Positions 49,301 through 61,363 of a DNA stretch of 64,000 bases are shown here, one piece after another. The DNA comes from Schizochytrium sp. TIO01 (lineage: Eukaryota; Protista; Bigyra: Labyrinthulomycetes): contig SMSO01000033.1 in NCBI GenBank assembly GCA_004764695.1, positions 1,054,001 to 1,118,000 of the forward strand, written 5' to 3'. The position numbers and the translations under genes are program-made. Positions within the stretch are counted from its first letter, which is position 1. Each line of letters begins with the position of its first letter. The notes under the pieces were generated by a model. It searched no databases, was not told the origin of the DNA, and saw only the letters and a program-made list of their open reading frames with translations.

Positions 49301-52300
49301 AAATGTAGCAGAGGGAGATTCGATATCTATCAGCCGTACGTAGGTCCTGACTAATACGTGCGGCGGCAGTAGAAGAAGCCCCGGAGAATACTCTCTCTGA
49401 GTCTGAAATGCACTGATCTTCCTCAACTGAGGAGGGCTTGCCGCTTTCAACCAGAAGGAAGAGGGTAGTAAGTACATGATAAATGATAAAGATGTTTATT
49501 GATAGACCGTAGCCTGTCTTTTTTTAGAATTAAAATTAATTTAGTATATAATTTTACAAAATAAAAAGTGAAACATTTACTTCTTTTGAGGTTAGGATCA
49601 TCGTCCTATCTCTGTATTTTTCAATGAAATAAATCCTCTGATGTACAAACAGTTTGGCTCCTCTCTCGAAACCTTGTTCGCGATGCGGCTGTGATTCATC
49701 GGCAGTCGCAAGAAAGCCATGCTGCCTAAGCAAAGCAGCCACGGCAGAGAAGCTTTTAAGAAGATAGGTTCTGCGAGCTACAAGCGATAACATTCTACGA
49801 AACGAGGGGGGTTTGCTTCTGCTTCGCAGCAGCCTTCAAACCGCAAAAGCTTTTCTTTCATGCGCAAGTTTCGGGAAACAACATCAACAACCAAAAAGGG
49901 AAAAAAGCAGACATAGATAGATAGAAAGAATAGAAGAAAACATAACAACAGATTGGCTTTGTTTGCGAGTAATGGTTGTCAAAATCGTAATTTCTGGCGC
50001 TAGTTATGCGTGCCCCCTGAGACGTACACGGCTGAGGGTCGGTTTTTCTCGGTCGCCTGGCAGCAGCTCCGCGAGTCTCTGGCTAGCTAGAGCGAATACC
50101 CACCAACCGGTTTACTTATTTACTTGTTTACTTACTGTTTGTTTATTTTATTTTTAATAAAAATTAATTTATCAATTATTTCTTTGGAGAGGCGAGTTGT
50201 CGCTCGTGAACAGCGCTGTCTCCGCTTCATCGTCATGCGTGCATTGAGCCATCCTCGAGGTCGGCCGCCATGGAAAGCTTTACTAAATGTTTCGTAAAGC
50301 GAATACAGTTTCTGGACTGTCAGCCAATCTCTCTGTCTGTCTTTGTCTGTCAGTCTGTCAGTCTGTCTTTCTATTCATTAGACGCTGTTCCCTGTTTACA
50401 TGATGTACCCATTGAATGCCTGCTGCGCTATGAAAAGAAAAAAAGAAGTTGAAAACGTGAGAAATTCGGAACTGCAGCTGCGCCGCTCATCCTACTGCTC
50501 CTTATCTACTTCTACCATGACCCGCTCATGGGCCAAATCGTTGAAACGTGTTTTAACTTTTAAAAAAGAACGTACTGCTGCTTCGCGCCATAGGTATAAC
50601 AAACAAGTGTTCCTTTTTGCAGGCGGCACTTCTACTTGGCATAAGAGAAGTAGCTTTAAAACTAACAAAAATGTTTTAATTAAATCAAGTCCAATAAAAA
50701 GACTGTAAATAAATCTTTCGGAAAATGAACTTGTTAAAGTTAATCGAAAATAGCAAAAGCAATGTCTCCAATTAAAAATAGCAGTCTTTCCCACGCAATC
50801 CTAACTGACCGTGACAGCAGTGGCAGCGAAAAGAAAAGAAAAGAAAAGAAAAGAAAAGAAAGAGCACTGAAATGAAAGGCCTTCGCGTTAATCATCAATC
50901 AATCAGAAGTACTTTAATATTCGCTGCTGGTGAGAAATTCGTGCAAGCGAGGGCTTTCTCGAGACTCGGCTGATCTCGGAGCCTCCAAGCCGCCCGCCGC
51001 CTCCTTCAAGGGCGCAGCGCAGACGTCGGCAGCAGAGGCGGCCTCCGCGTAGTCAGGCATCCTGCCAGCGGCGCGAGCCTCAGCTTGAGAGAGCGCCGCC
51101 ACAGCCTGAGCTGCCGCCTAAGAGCCTGAGAGCTGCTACAGTGGCGAAACGTGCCGGGAGTGTGAGGAGCCTAGGCACTCCTAGGCGGGCGGGTAGCCAG
51201 CTTGGACTCCTCACTCACTCTCTCATTCACTCATTCATTGTCTCATTCATTCATTGTCTCATTCATTCATTCGTTCATTCACTCTTTCACTCATTCTCTC
51301 TCACACTCACTCACTCACTCACTCACTCCTGAAAGGCCCTCTTCTTATCCGTGCTCTGTGGGATTGAATACGGCGCGAATTCGAATTTCAATCTCAATTT
51401 CAATTCTCAGGCCTAAGCTGTTCTTCCTGGAAGGCGCTATCAGTAGCTCGCTGAGTGTTTTTAGAACAGTCTTTTTCTGGCCTCAGAGAGGGTCAGTCAT
51501 CCACGAGAAGTGAGTTTTACAATTCTTCGTGAAAAAAACGAAATCGCTGCGCAAAAGCAGTGCTTTTACTGTCTGTTTGTCATTTTATTTTCTGAAACAA
51601 AGTGAAATGATTGCCGCTCTGCTTTATTTCACTCTTTACTTGCACTAACCAGGGTGAAACAGTTTATCCAATGAATGCTTCGTTGTCATCATCGCTTTTG
51701 GCTGTTTTCCCATTCGAAAACTGGCGCAGGATACCGATAAACGGAGAGAATCAGCGAGGAGCGAAAGCCAACAACAACGCAAGGTCCAGCCAGGGATGGG
51801 TGGGGCCGCAAGAGGGTCTGACTCGCCGAGCGAGCCGCGGCTCCACGCCTCTGCTTGCGCCCAAGCAGCGGCATTCTTCCTGGGCTCATCAGGGTCCCTT
51901 CATTTGTTTTCACGATTCAAGGTATGATGTAATATATGTCTGCATGTACGTATGTGCGCCTCTATAATATCTATCCAATGATGTATTATACCTATATATT
52001 GCATATATAGGTAAATGTGTGTTGCATATACATATACATATATGGGTTGGTAGCATCTGCTCTGTTGGTTCTCTGGGAAAGTCACAAAAGTAAAGCAGAG
52101 GAAAGAAACTTGAAGATTGTAAAACTCGCGCGAAAGAAGCCAAACCAACTTGAGAATACGTGTGCCTCTGTCCAAAGGTGGAGTTCGTGCGGCGCCAACT
52201 GGCTGCATCAAGTAGGAAAGCAGGCACATAAGCAGGCAGGATGGAAGGAAGGAAGGTGATTGATTACCTGCCTCTGCATCTGAGCACGCACGTACGCACG

Positions 52301-52313
52301 CACGCACGCACTA

Positions 52314-52316
<3 letters not shown>

Positions 52317-52400
<84 letters not shown>
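52317..52400. repeat. (TTTC)n microsatellite
   Basis: About 20 perfect units. Confidence 0.95.
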
Positions 52401-54170
52401 GATCTGTTCTATTCGCTGCCCCATCGTTCCAAAAGAAAGATAAAAGAGCTCCCTCTGCCACTGAGCGCGTTCTCTCGCGCCTGATACTTTCAGTTTTCAT
52501 TTTCTTTTACTTCCTTCGCCCAATTTCAAATTGCATCGATAGGCAGGCAGGTAGGCCCCACCTACGGCTGCTCTAACTACTAAGCAAAAAGCAGGCAAGA
52601 ACCGGGCAGGATCCGCGAACCGCGACCCAGAACAAAAGAAAAAGAAAAGAAAAAGATCCGGCGACGCTCCCTTATTCTTGAGAGAAGAGGGACCGCTTGA
52701 TGGCCCATAGCCCAAGCTCGACTTTGTTCCGGCGCCTCGACAGACGTTGACTCTTCAGCACAGCACACACACAGTCACTCACTCACTCACTCACTCACTC
52801 ACCCACTCTCACGCTCCCTCCTCTGCCTCTGTCGAGCACGCACCCTCTCACAGACACGCAGCCAGAGGCCTTCTCCCGAGGCCCAGCAGATGCGCGGAAT
52901 TCGAAGCAGGCAAACCCAGAACTGCAAACTCAAGCTCAAACTCAAACTCAAACTCAGGAGTCAGTCGGTCGGTCGGTCAGGCACGCAGGCAGACAGACAG
53001 CGGCGAGAATCACGGTACGTTTGGCAGCGAGCTTGCCGGCGGAGGCGAGCGCGACCGAGGTGCGCGGAGAGGACCAGCTTGGCGGGCTGTCCTTCTTCAT
53101 CTCCTCCTCCTTCTTCGAGGAATCTGTATCCATATCTTTCTATCTCTCTCTCTTTACGTCTGCTTAGTCCTTTCCTTCTCTTCTTCTGTGTGTATGTTTG
53201 TATCTTCGTTCCTCTGTTTCTTTCTTTCTTTTTCCTCTGTTCCGTTCTTTTACGTTCTGCGCCGTTCTGTTCTCTCTGGAGCAGAACAGAAGGCAAGGAA
53301 AGAACAGCCGCAGGAGCCCTCGCTCTCTTCTCGGTGGCAGCGGCCTTTGCAGCAGCAGGAGCAGCAGCGGCCGTGAGGCCCGCCTTCTCGACGCTTGGCG
53401 GCAGCCTTTGCTTGCAGCACAGTGGGTCGTTCGTTCGTTCGATCGGTCGGTCGGTCGGTCCACGACGGCTCGGCTGACCGATCGTGGGTCGAGGAGCGGC
53501 GCTTCGCGTGAAGATGCTTCCTCGGTTTGGTGCTACTAGTATCCATGGGTGTTCCAAAGGCGGTGTTACTGCTTACTTACGTTAGTTAGCGGATATGGAA
53601 CAGGCAAGGAAAGAAGAAGAACGAATGAATGAATGAATGAAAGCATCGATCACACAAAGAAAGAGCCTGAGGACCTGAAGAGGGAGGGAAAAGACATGGG
53701 TGGCGGCTCTTCTTGTTCTCTCTTTCCTTTGGGCTGGCAGGGGAAAGGGGCAGAGGCAGTGCAGGCGGAGAGGAAGAGCACTTCGTGTTAGAGAGGAAAC
53801 TCGCAGCAGATCAGGATTGTATTGCATTGCGTTGCATTGCGTTGCATTATTGCAGTGCAGTGCATGTGTGGCGTTTTTTTCTTTGTGGGCCTTTTTTAAT
53901 GCAACGTCGCTGATGAATGACTGACTAATTTTGTTTCACTTTCTTTCCGCTGTGATGGATTTTGTTTTTGTTTTTATTTTGTTTTTGTTGATTGTTTTTG
54001 TTTGTTTGTTTGTTTGTTTGTTTGTTTGCTACGTATCTTAACCAAACGACGTTAAAACTAGCCAGCCAGCCAGTACAAATAGGGAAAACTCTCTCTCTCT
54101 TGCGCCACTGCGACTGCGAAGACGCCTCTGCTTGAGCAGACAGTCGATCTCAATACTAGCGACCAAGAAG

Positions 54171-54774
54171 GTACGTAAGAAATGGTTCGAAAGTATCCAT
54201 CGATCTCGTGCACTAAAAGGGAAACAAAACAAAACAAAACAAGAAAGAAAGAAAGAAAAGAAAAGAAAAGAGAGGAGAAAAGAGAATAAAGCGAAAAGAG
54301 AATAAAGCGAAAAGAGAATAAAGCGAAAAGAGAATAAAGCGAAAAGAAAAGAAAAGAAAAGAAAAGAAAAGAAAAGAAAGCAGCGCCTCGTTTGCCCTGC
54401 TTCCTCCTTTGGCTTTGGCTTTTCAACTTCTCTTTCCACGCGTTTCCTGCTGGCCCACTTCCAGTGGGACGTTCTACCATTGTCCCCTTAGCGGGCTCTA
54501 ATCGAAGTGAATCCAAAGTGCTTGAAAACAAAGCTTTCGAGAAGTCAAGCAGAGAATTAATTAAGAAAGTGTGTGTATGTGAGTGAGTGAGAGAGGAGAG
54601 AGAGAGAGAGAAAGAGGCGCTCTTCTCCTCGTCTTCTCCATATACGTACATACATATCTTATGGCATTTTGACTTCCCTCACTTTGGTTTCTTTTCTTTT
54701 CTTTTTAAAAATGCTTTAGTGGGAGAAGGAAGAAGAAAACAGAGTTTTGGGGGTTTTCAACTTACTATAAACAA

Positions 54775-54805
<31 letters not shown>

Positions 54806-54890
54806 GACTGACTGACTGTGACTGACTAATAGCTAGCTAACTAGATAACTAGCAGTCCACTAAGGGGATTGCATTACATTCTTAGCGCAG
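54171..54890 (+). other. Putative 5'-UTR intron of GAPDH
   Basis: AAG|GTACGT donor; CTAAC/CTGAC array at ~54779-54830; acceptor GCAG 26 nt before the ATG. In-frame stops lie between the acceptor and the ATG, so the leader is untranslated. Confidence 0.55.
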
Positions 54891-54916
54891 GCCAGTGAAT
54901 AGTTGGGTAGTCGAGT

Positions 54917-56560
54917 ATGGTTACTCTGCAGGACTCATCTTCTCAAGAGCCTTCGAAGGCAGAAATCCAACAAGAGGCCTCTGCAGACCAGAATTCCCTC
55001 TCCTTGGAGCCAGAACCTCAAGAAGAAGCGCAAGCTCAAGCCCAAGAACAACCCAAGATGATGAACGGCCACGGTGATGGCGAGGTGCCTGCAAAGCGGT
55101 CCTGGGCCGTGTCCCACCGCGCCTCGTGCTACGAGTCTGAGCTCGAGGAGCACAATGCTCGCGAGCGGTGCGCTGTGCGTCTTGCCATGTTTGTTGGTGA
55201 GCTCCTGTACCAGCGTGGCGTTGAGCTCGTGCTCTTCCGCAAGCACCTGAGCGATGCCACCACCCCCGAGATCCTTGGTTTCCACCAGTACGCCAACGCT
55301 GTCGTGCAGAAGACCGTCGATGTGGAGACCACCTCCCAGATCGCCGAGGCTCTTCTTCAGATGGACCTTGCCCCGGCCAAGCTTGATGTCGGCCTTCTCG
55401 CCTACGAGTACCTCACCGAGAGCGGCGACAAGAACAAGCTCGAGTTCCTCCAGGAGAAGCTTGCCTCCTTCACCAAGGCGCACGAGATCCCGTTCAAACC
55501 CCGTGACGTTGTTCTCTACGGATTCGGACGCATTGGACGTCTTGCAGCCCGTGAGCTCATTCGCCAGGCCGGCAAGGGCCAACAGCTGCGCCTTCGTGCC
55601 ATTGTCACTCGCGACAAGAAGCCTGAGGACATTCGCAAGCGTGCTGCCCTGCTCACCCACGATTCCGTTCACGGCAACTTCAAGGGCCTCGTCGAGTACG
55701 ACGAGGAGAACCAAACCCTCTGCGCGAACGGACAGGTGATCCAGATGATCAGCGCACCCAACCCTGAGGAGATTGACTACCTCAAGTACGGCATCAACAA
55801 CGCTCTTGTGATTGATAACACTGGTGCCTTCAGGGACTCTGACACTCTTGCCAGACACATCAAGTCTGAGGGTGTCGAGAAGGTTCTCCTCACCGCACCC
55901 GGCAAGGGCGTGCCCAACGTTGTCTACGGCATCAACCACGAGCAGCTCAACGTCAAGGACGACTGCATGTTCAGCGCTGCTTCCTGCACCACCAACGCCA
56001 TCTCACCTGTGCTCAAGGTTATTGAGGACGTTTTTGGAATTCAGTCTGGCCACATCGAGACTTGCCACTCGTACACCAACGATCAGAGCCTCCTCGACAA
56101 CTTCCACAAGAAGGAGCGCCGTGGCCGCTCGGCAGCACTCAACATGGTTCTTACCGAGACCGGTGCCGCCAAGGCTGTGCCCAAGGTCATCCCGACCCTC
56201 GGTGGCAAGCTCACCGCCCACGCCATTCGCGTGCCTACCCCTAACGCATCTCTCGCAATTCTCCACCTTCGCCTCAACCGCGCTGCCAAGGTCGAGGAGG
56301 TTAACGAGGCTGTGCGTAAGGCATCTGTCAGCGGACCCCTCGTCAACCAGATTCACTACAGCATTGACCCCGAGCTCGTCTCTAACGACGTCATTGGCAA
56401 CTCATGCTGCGCTGTCTTCGACTCCATTGCATCTATGCAGGGCGCCGACGCCGAGTCTGTGCTCCTTTACGTCTTCTACGATAACGAGTACGGTTACACC
56501 CGCCAGGTGATTCGCCTTGCCAAGCACATCACTGGTGTCCGTCGCAAGATCTACTACTAA
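54917..56560 (+). CDS. GAPDH: Glyceraldehyde-3-phosphate dehydrogenase, bacterial long form with N-terminal extension
   Basis: YGFGRIGR, catalytic SAASCTTN, HSYTNDQ, TGAAKAV, RVPTPN, YDNEYGY. An ~130-aa extra domain (VELVLFR...PAKLDVGLL) precedes the Rossmann fold. Very strong codon bias. Confidence 0.95.
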   Translation: MVTLQDSSSQEPSKAEIQQEASADQNSLSLEPEPQEEAQAQAQEQPKMMNGHGDGEVPAKRSWAVSHRASCYESELEEHNARERCAVRLAMFVGELLYQRGVELVLFRKHLSDATTPEILGFHQYANAVVQKTVDVETTSQIAEALLQMDLAPAKLDVGLLAYEYLTESGDKNKLEFLQEKLASFTKAHEIPFKPRDVVLYGFGRIGRLAARELIRQAGKGQQLRLRAIVTRDKKPEDIRKRAALLTHDSVHGNFKGLVEYDEENQTLCANGQVIQMISAPNPEEIDYLKYGINNALVIDNTGAFRDSDTLARHIKSEGVEKVLLTAPGKGVPNVVYGINHEQLNVKDDCMFSAASCTTNAISPVLKVIEDVFGIQSGHIETCHSYTNDQSLLDNFHKKERRGRSAALNMVLTETGAAKAVPKVIPTLGGKLTAHAIRVPTPNASLAILHLRLNRAAKVEEVNEAVRKASVSGPLVNQIHYSIDPELVSNDVIGNSCCAVFDSIASMQGADAESVLLYVFYDNEYGYTRQVIRLAKHITGVRRKIYY

Positions 56561-58730
56561 ACACACTTTCTGTCCACGCAGCCACATGCGCGACGGAAAT
56601 CTACGAACAAACCAGAACTTGGGTTCCAGAGCACGCAAATAGTGTGCAAGACATGCACGCACGTGCGCGTTAAATTGGGTCCTGGTTCACTACTTACACA
56701 TTCATAAAATACATTTGTATCGCATCCAAGCAAGTCTCTTCCTGCTTCTTCTTTAAACCACCTCAACTGCCTATGGCTGCTGATCCAGTGGAACTAAAAC
56801 CTTCTTTTTTGTAGTTTAGTTACAAATAGGTAGTTTTGGGAATTCTGGATCAGGTCTTTGCATTTGTGCTGGTTCTCGTGACTGATGGGTTGTACCTCAT
56901 GTCTCACTCTTTCACTGTCTTTGACGATGAGAAATTAGTTCCTTTCCCCTTACCTTATTTCTTTGCGAGAGTGCATTTGTCCCAGCTATTATTAGTATAT
57001 CCGCTTCTTGGAAAGTCATCCGTGACCCACCCCCTTTTCGAGCACTCACTTATACATTGATAGTTTCTAGTGGTAGTAGTAGGTACCTGCTAGATTCTTT
57101 TTCCTTATCGTTCCTAGCTAGAGATCGGGAGACATTTAAAGCACACAACATTTATTATATCCCTCTTCACTAAGAACTTCCTTTTTCCTGTCAATTTTCT
57201 TCTCGTCGACTTACCTTGCTCTGCTTGTTGTTGAATGTACTTAAAACTCAGCTTTCTAAATCTCCCAGATTCTTACAATTTTATAAAAGTACTAGTATCA
57301 CTTATCAGCATAAAAAATCATCGAGGACAAGTGGTCGTATTCTAGCATGGATCTATAGCCTTTTCTGACTAAATTTTAAACTAAAGTCTTTCGCGCATTC
57401 ATAAAAAATATAATTTCAGATCTGCCCAGGCAGATCACATTTGGAGATCAAAAAGACTGCTATTCACTATTCCAGCTGAAAATGAAAGGTAAACGAAAAG
57501 ACGAACCATAGTTTTCTTTTAAAACTTGCAAAAATTCCTTCGATAGATGGTATGAAGTTTCAAAGCTTGATTCTCTTTATATAAAAATATGTATAGGGAC
57601 TATATGTATATGTATATCGTATTTTAATTAAGAAAAGAAAAGGAGGGACGTAGAGAATAACTGGAAACCTCTTGCATCTACTATGTAACAAAACTTTGAC
57701 TAAATTCAATCTCACTTTCCAAAGATTTACCGTGGGGCACAATTTGTCAAAGAAACAGAGTTACGTGACTGTTTGATTAAGGCCATGCCTAATAGATTAA
57801 ACTACTGATATTTAAAAATTTCAAACTAGTGGATCGGATGACGATAGGAATTCCCTTTTTTTTTTTTTTTTTCCATTTTTTTAGATTTTATTTCTTCATT
57901 CACTTGAGAAACCAAAAGGATTGAGAAACGGGGGAGAGGGGGCATGGACAAGAGCAACGAGTTTAATAATCATCAGAAATACTCTACACAGATACGTATA
58001 AAATTATCGTCACTACTATTGTAGGCTTTCTGCTGTTCCCTTCCAAAACAGCATTCTTCATCGTTTATCCATATAAATGTACTCGCTACGTTCTGCTAAG
58101 ACACAAACCCAACTTCGTCTCAACTAACTAACGAGTAGCTTCGTTTTTTTCTTTTGTTTATTCCATCAATCCTGACTATTTATAAGCAGGCATGCCTAAA
58201 AGGCAAACGGACATACATGCAGACAATAAACATGTGGAGTATAGGAGTAGGAGATCTCCGGGACACACTATTGCGGCTAGCAAGCGACCCTTGCGCTTGT
58301 TGATCCTACTTGTGCGTGCATTCTACACGAACGCACAAGAAATTCTATAGTACCTTTGCATTACTTGCCTCTCGTCCTCCACTGTTCTTCTGCTTATACT
58401 GTACGTGCTGTGAAAAATGACATCATGACGTAAAATATCCACCCATGTCACCCAGTGGCATTTGGCAGTCGCTAGAAATGAGCAAGACAGGGATACACAT
58501 TGCACTAGCATTCGCAAGGCCGCCTAACATCCTGCTGCATTTTGTTGGCAACAATATTGTCACCCTCTCGGTGTGGCTGTGCATGTACAGCTACACAGGC
58601 CTTGAATAATATCATGCTATGCTGTGGTTGTAGCACAATCGTGCTGAGTCATTGACGCATAACGTCTCTTACGCCGTTCGCCAAAATACGTACGCGTTCG
58701 CCAACTCGCTCTTCCTATGCATATTCCACG

Positions 58731-59393
58731 TTAAGCCCATTGCTTGCCATTTGCTAGCGTGACCTTGTTGATGCCAAACACGCCAATAGCCCCTTGTATC
58801 TCTCTTTCATTTGAAAATATGGCTCTATCAATCTGCGATTTCGGGGAGCCCGTAGTCATCAGCCAATCCTGCATCATCCTTACGGAAGACTCTGGTCCCC
58901 GAATCGTGCCTTTGACGCTCTTCGATGCTGTATTCTCAATTGTGCCACCTACACCAAGCTCATCCGCCTTTTGTTTTGTGTATTTGCGCATGTACACCTT
59001 CTGCACCTTGCCGAATACCTCAAAGTCCACCTGCAAAAGTCGCTCCTCAGAAGTATTTATCTCAGACGCACCAGCATCCAGCTCGCCAAACGCGGAACCA
59101 CCACGAAGGGTGCCTCCAGTACCCATTTCACCGTGCGATGCTGCTCTGGATGAAGTGTCTGAGCTGGCAGCAGAGTCACGCATGAGAAGGACAAATGCGT
59201 AAAGGCAGAGGACCGCGAGGGCAGCAAGGAGCGTGCGCGGTAAGTAGCTACGACGCGGGTTGGTATAAGTGCGCACGATCTTGCGGCGGCGCTTCGCGGC
59301 TCGCAGTGCAGCCTTGCTAGGTCCCATACGCGAAGAAGACTCAGCGCGCGACCCAGAGGTGGACGTCGGCGTCCGAAGCTCCTTCTTCTTCAT
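58731..59393 (-). CDS. Acylphosphatase-domain protein with N-terminal membrane anchor
   Basis: C-terminal VDFEVFGKVQKVYMRKYT...GVGGTIENT...VKGTIRG...WL..TGSPKSQID acylphosphatase fold. Basic stretch then TM LLAALAVLCLYAFVLL. First ATG is at 59393. Confidence 0.8.
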   Translation of the reverse strand: MKKKELRTPTSTSGSRAESSSRMGPSKAALRAAKRRRKIVRTYTNPRRSYLPRTLLAALAVLCLYAFVLLMRDSAASSDTSSRAASHGEMGTGGTLRGGSAFGELDAGASEINTSEERLLQVDFEVFGKVQKVYMRKYTKQKADELGVGGTIENTASKSVKGTIRGPESSVRMMQDWLMTTGSPKSQIDRAIFSNEREIQGAIGVFGINKVTLANGKQWA

Positions 59394-60610
59394 GCTCGAC
59401 AGTTCCAGCTCTGTGCAAGACCGGCCGCATTCACTATAGGCATCGAACGGCCTGTCCGAGGATATTTCAGTTGAAATTTTCAGACGAATCCCGAGGGGTG
59501 GGTGGAAGACGGCCACGAAAGTCAAGTATAGAAAGCTGCTACTATAGGTTATAGCAGATGCACAGTAGAGTTTACCGGAGATACCTCACTTTCGCGAGGG
59601 ACGGGGAACAAGGATACAAGGAGGGTTGTTTCACTTGCAACAGGAGGCTTTAGAGAAGTGAAAAGGAGAGCCGGTGGGTCTGGGCAACAGGGTCGGCCCT
59701 GCCATAGTAATAGTAGAGGCGTGGACGAAATGGCAATGATCACGCAGGAGGAGTGCAGTGGCGAGAGGCTAGCGTGCATGCTTTGAAGAAACTTAACTTA
59801 GATTATGGTAACACGAATATATATGCACACGACATATTGGAAAAGAGAATTCCTTGGTCCTGAAAGGGAGTATTGCTAAATGCTACCTTGGTAGCGGGTT
59901 TTGCAGAAGTGGGCTAATTGTGTATGGAAACCTGAAGGTAATTTCATTGCAGGATTCACAGGTACATTTGTAAAGATAATTGCAGAAGGAAGCGACATAA
60001 GCAATTTATGAACAAGCAAAAGCATTCGGATAGAAAAAGGAAAGACCTTTGGGTTTGTCGCTCTCACTGAGATGTCTCTTGGATAGCTGTATAGAACTCG
60101 CGAGAAGTAGTTGAGATCCCAAAGGGAAACCCACTGCGCAAGAAATCATTCAAATATTATGCCTTAGTACCTTTCCCAGCTGAGAAAGTTTGCAATGCTG
60201 TCAGGATGAGTTTGCTATGGCAGGGTGACATTTACTCGACACAAGTGAAATAGCAACAAAGTTTCTACGACGGAGTAGCAAAGATTAAGCACTTATGCTA
60301 GTATTCCTCGGCTTTAAGTCTCCTTTTAATTTATTGGCTTCACTTGATGAAATATTTTATCAACACACAAGTGTATTCGTTTTGAGGGAGAACTGCTTTC
60401 TCATCTTGAATGTAAAGGTTCGAAGAGTGTGTCTCAGAAAGTAAATGAAACTAAGAAATGGTGATTTTTTCAGAACAGAATTAAAACAGGAAAAATAGAA
60501 TGTTACAAAACTCAACGACATAACAATCTTTTTAATAGGATACGATAAAATGTATTCTGTTGGTTCCCGTAGTTGAATCTGGATACCACCTTTAGGCTCA
60601 AATAAACTCC

Positions 60611-61363
60611 TCACAGGACAGAGGCCTCGCGCATTTTCGTGACCTTTTCGAGGGCTCGGTAGAGACCAACATTAGATTCCTGGTAAAAGTCGTAGTCTCT
60701 CAGACGCTCTGACCAGGCGGAAATCGCTGGGAATGCGGCATGGAAGTCACTACCGTTTGGTGGGGTGCGCTTAGGGTCAAGCATTTGCAGTTGATCTACC
60801 TCTGTGAAAAGTGCAATATCGGCAAGCGTGACATGATTTGTTCCAGCTATGAATGGTGTTTTGTTGAGCTGGTCTTCCATAATATTGAGTGAGGATGTCA
60901 ATACCCTCTGGTCGCGTTCCATGGGGATTTGTTCTAGATCCAGACGTGCACTGTGTTTTGACATATCACTGATCTTGCTTAAGACAAGTCGCCGGTATAC
61001 GCCTGCAGCTCCAACCCTCAAATTTGTATGCTTCCAATCAAGCCATGAATCAATAGTGGCTCGTTGTTGCAGATTTGACATTGGATAGAGTTCATCTTGC
61101 CTTCTTTTGTCTGCAAATTTATCAACCAGGTATCGCATAATGGCATGGCTCTCGCAGAGCACAAAGCTACCATCGACAAGGACTGGAAATTTGCCATTAG
61201 GATTGAGCTTAAGGTACTCCGCAGAGGTCTGCTCACCTTTAGTCGAGTCAAGTTTCTCCAACGTAGAGTCTACCCCGACAAGTTTGCATGTCCATAGCAC
61301 CGCGCGAGTCGGCTGCGACAGAATCGCACCAAATACCTTCACGGGTCCACTCGCAGCTGACAT
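60611..61363 (-). CDS. Glutathione S-transferase, theta-like (copy 1)
   Basis: LSQPTRAV, LNPNGKFPVLVDG, ESHAIMRYL, TLADI. Confidence 0.92.
   Translation of the reverse strand: MSAASGPVKVFGAILSQPTRAVLWTCKLVGVDSTLEKLDSTKGEQTSAEYLKLNPNGKFPVLVDGSFVLCESHAIMRYLVDKFADKRRQDELYPMSNLQQRATIDSWLDWKHTNLRVGAAGVYRRLVLSKISDMSKHSARLDLEQIPMERDQRVLTSSLNIMEDQLNKTPFIAGTNHVTLADIALFTEVDQLQMLDPKRTPPNGSDFHAAFPAISAWSERLRDYDFYQESNVGLYRALEKVTKMREASVL

Noticed and set aside
52747-53557. ~200-aa ORFs on both strands upstream of GAPDH
   Set aside because: Low-complexity and SSR-derived; more consistent with leader or promoter sequence.
54935-55939. 334-aa antisense ORF
   Set aside because: Shadow of the strongly biased GAPDH codon usage; the same applies to antisense ORFs over 21.4-23.7 kb.
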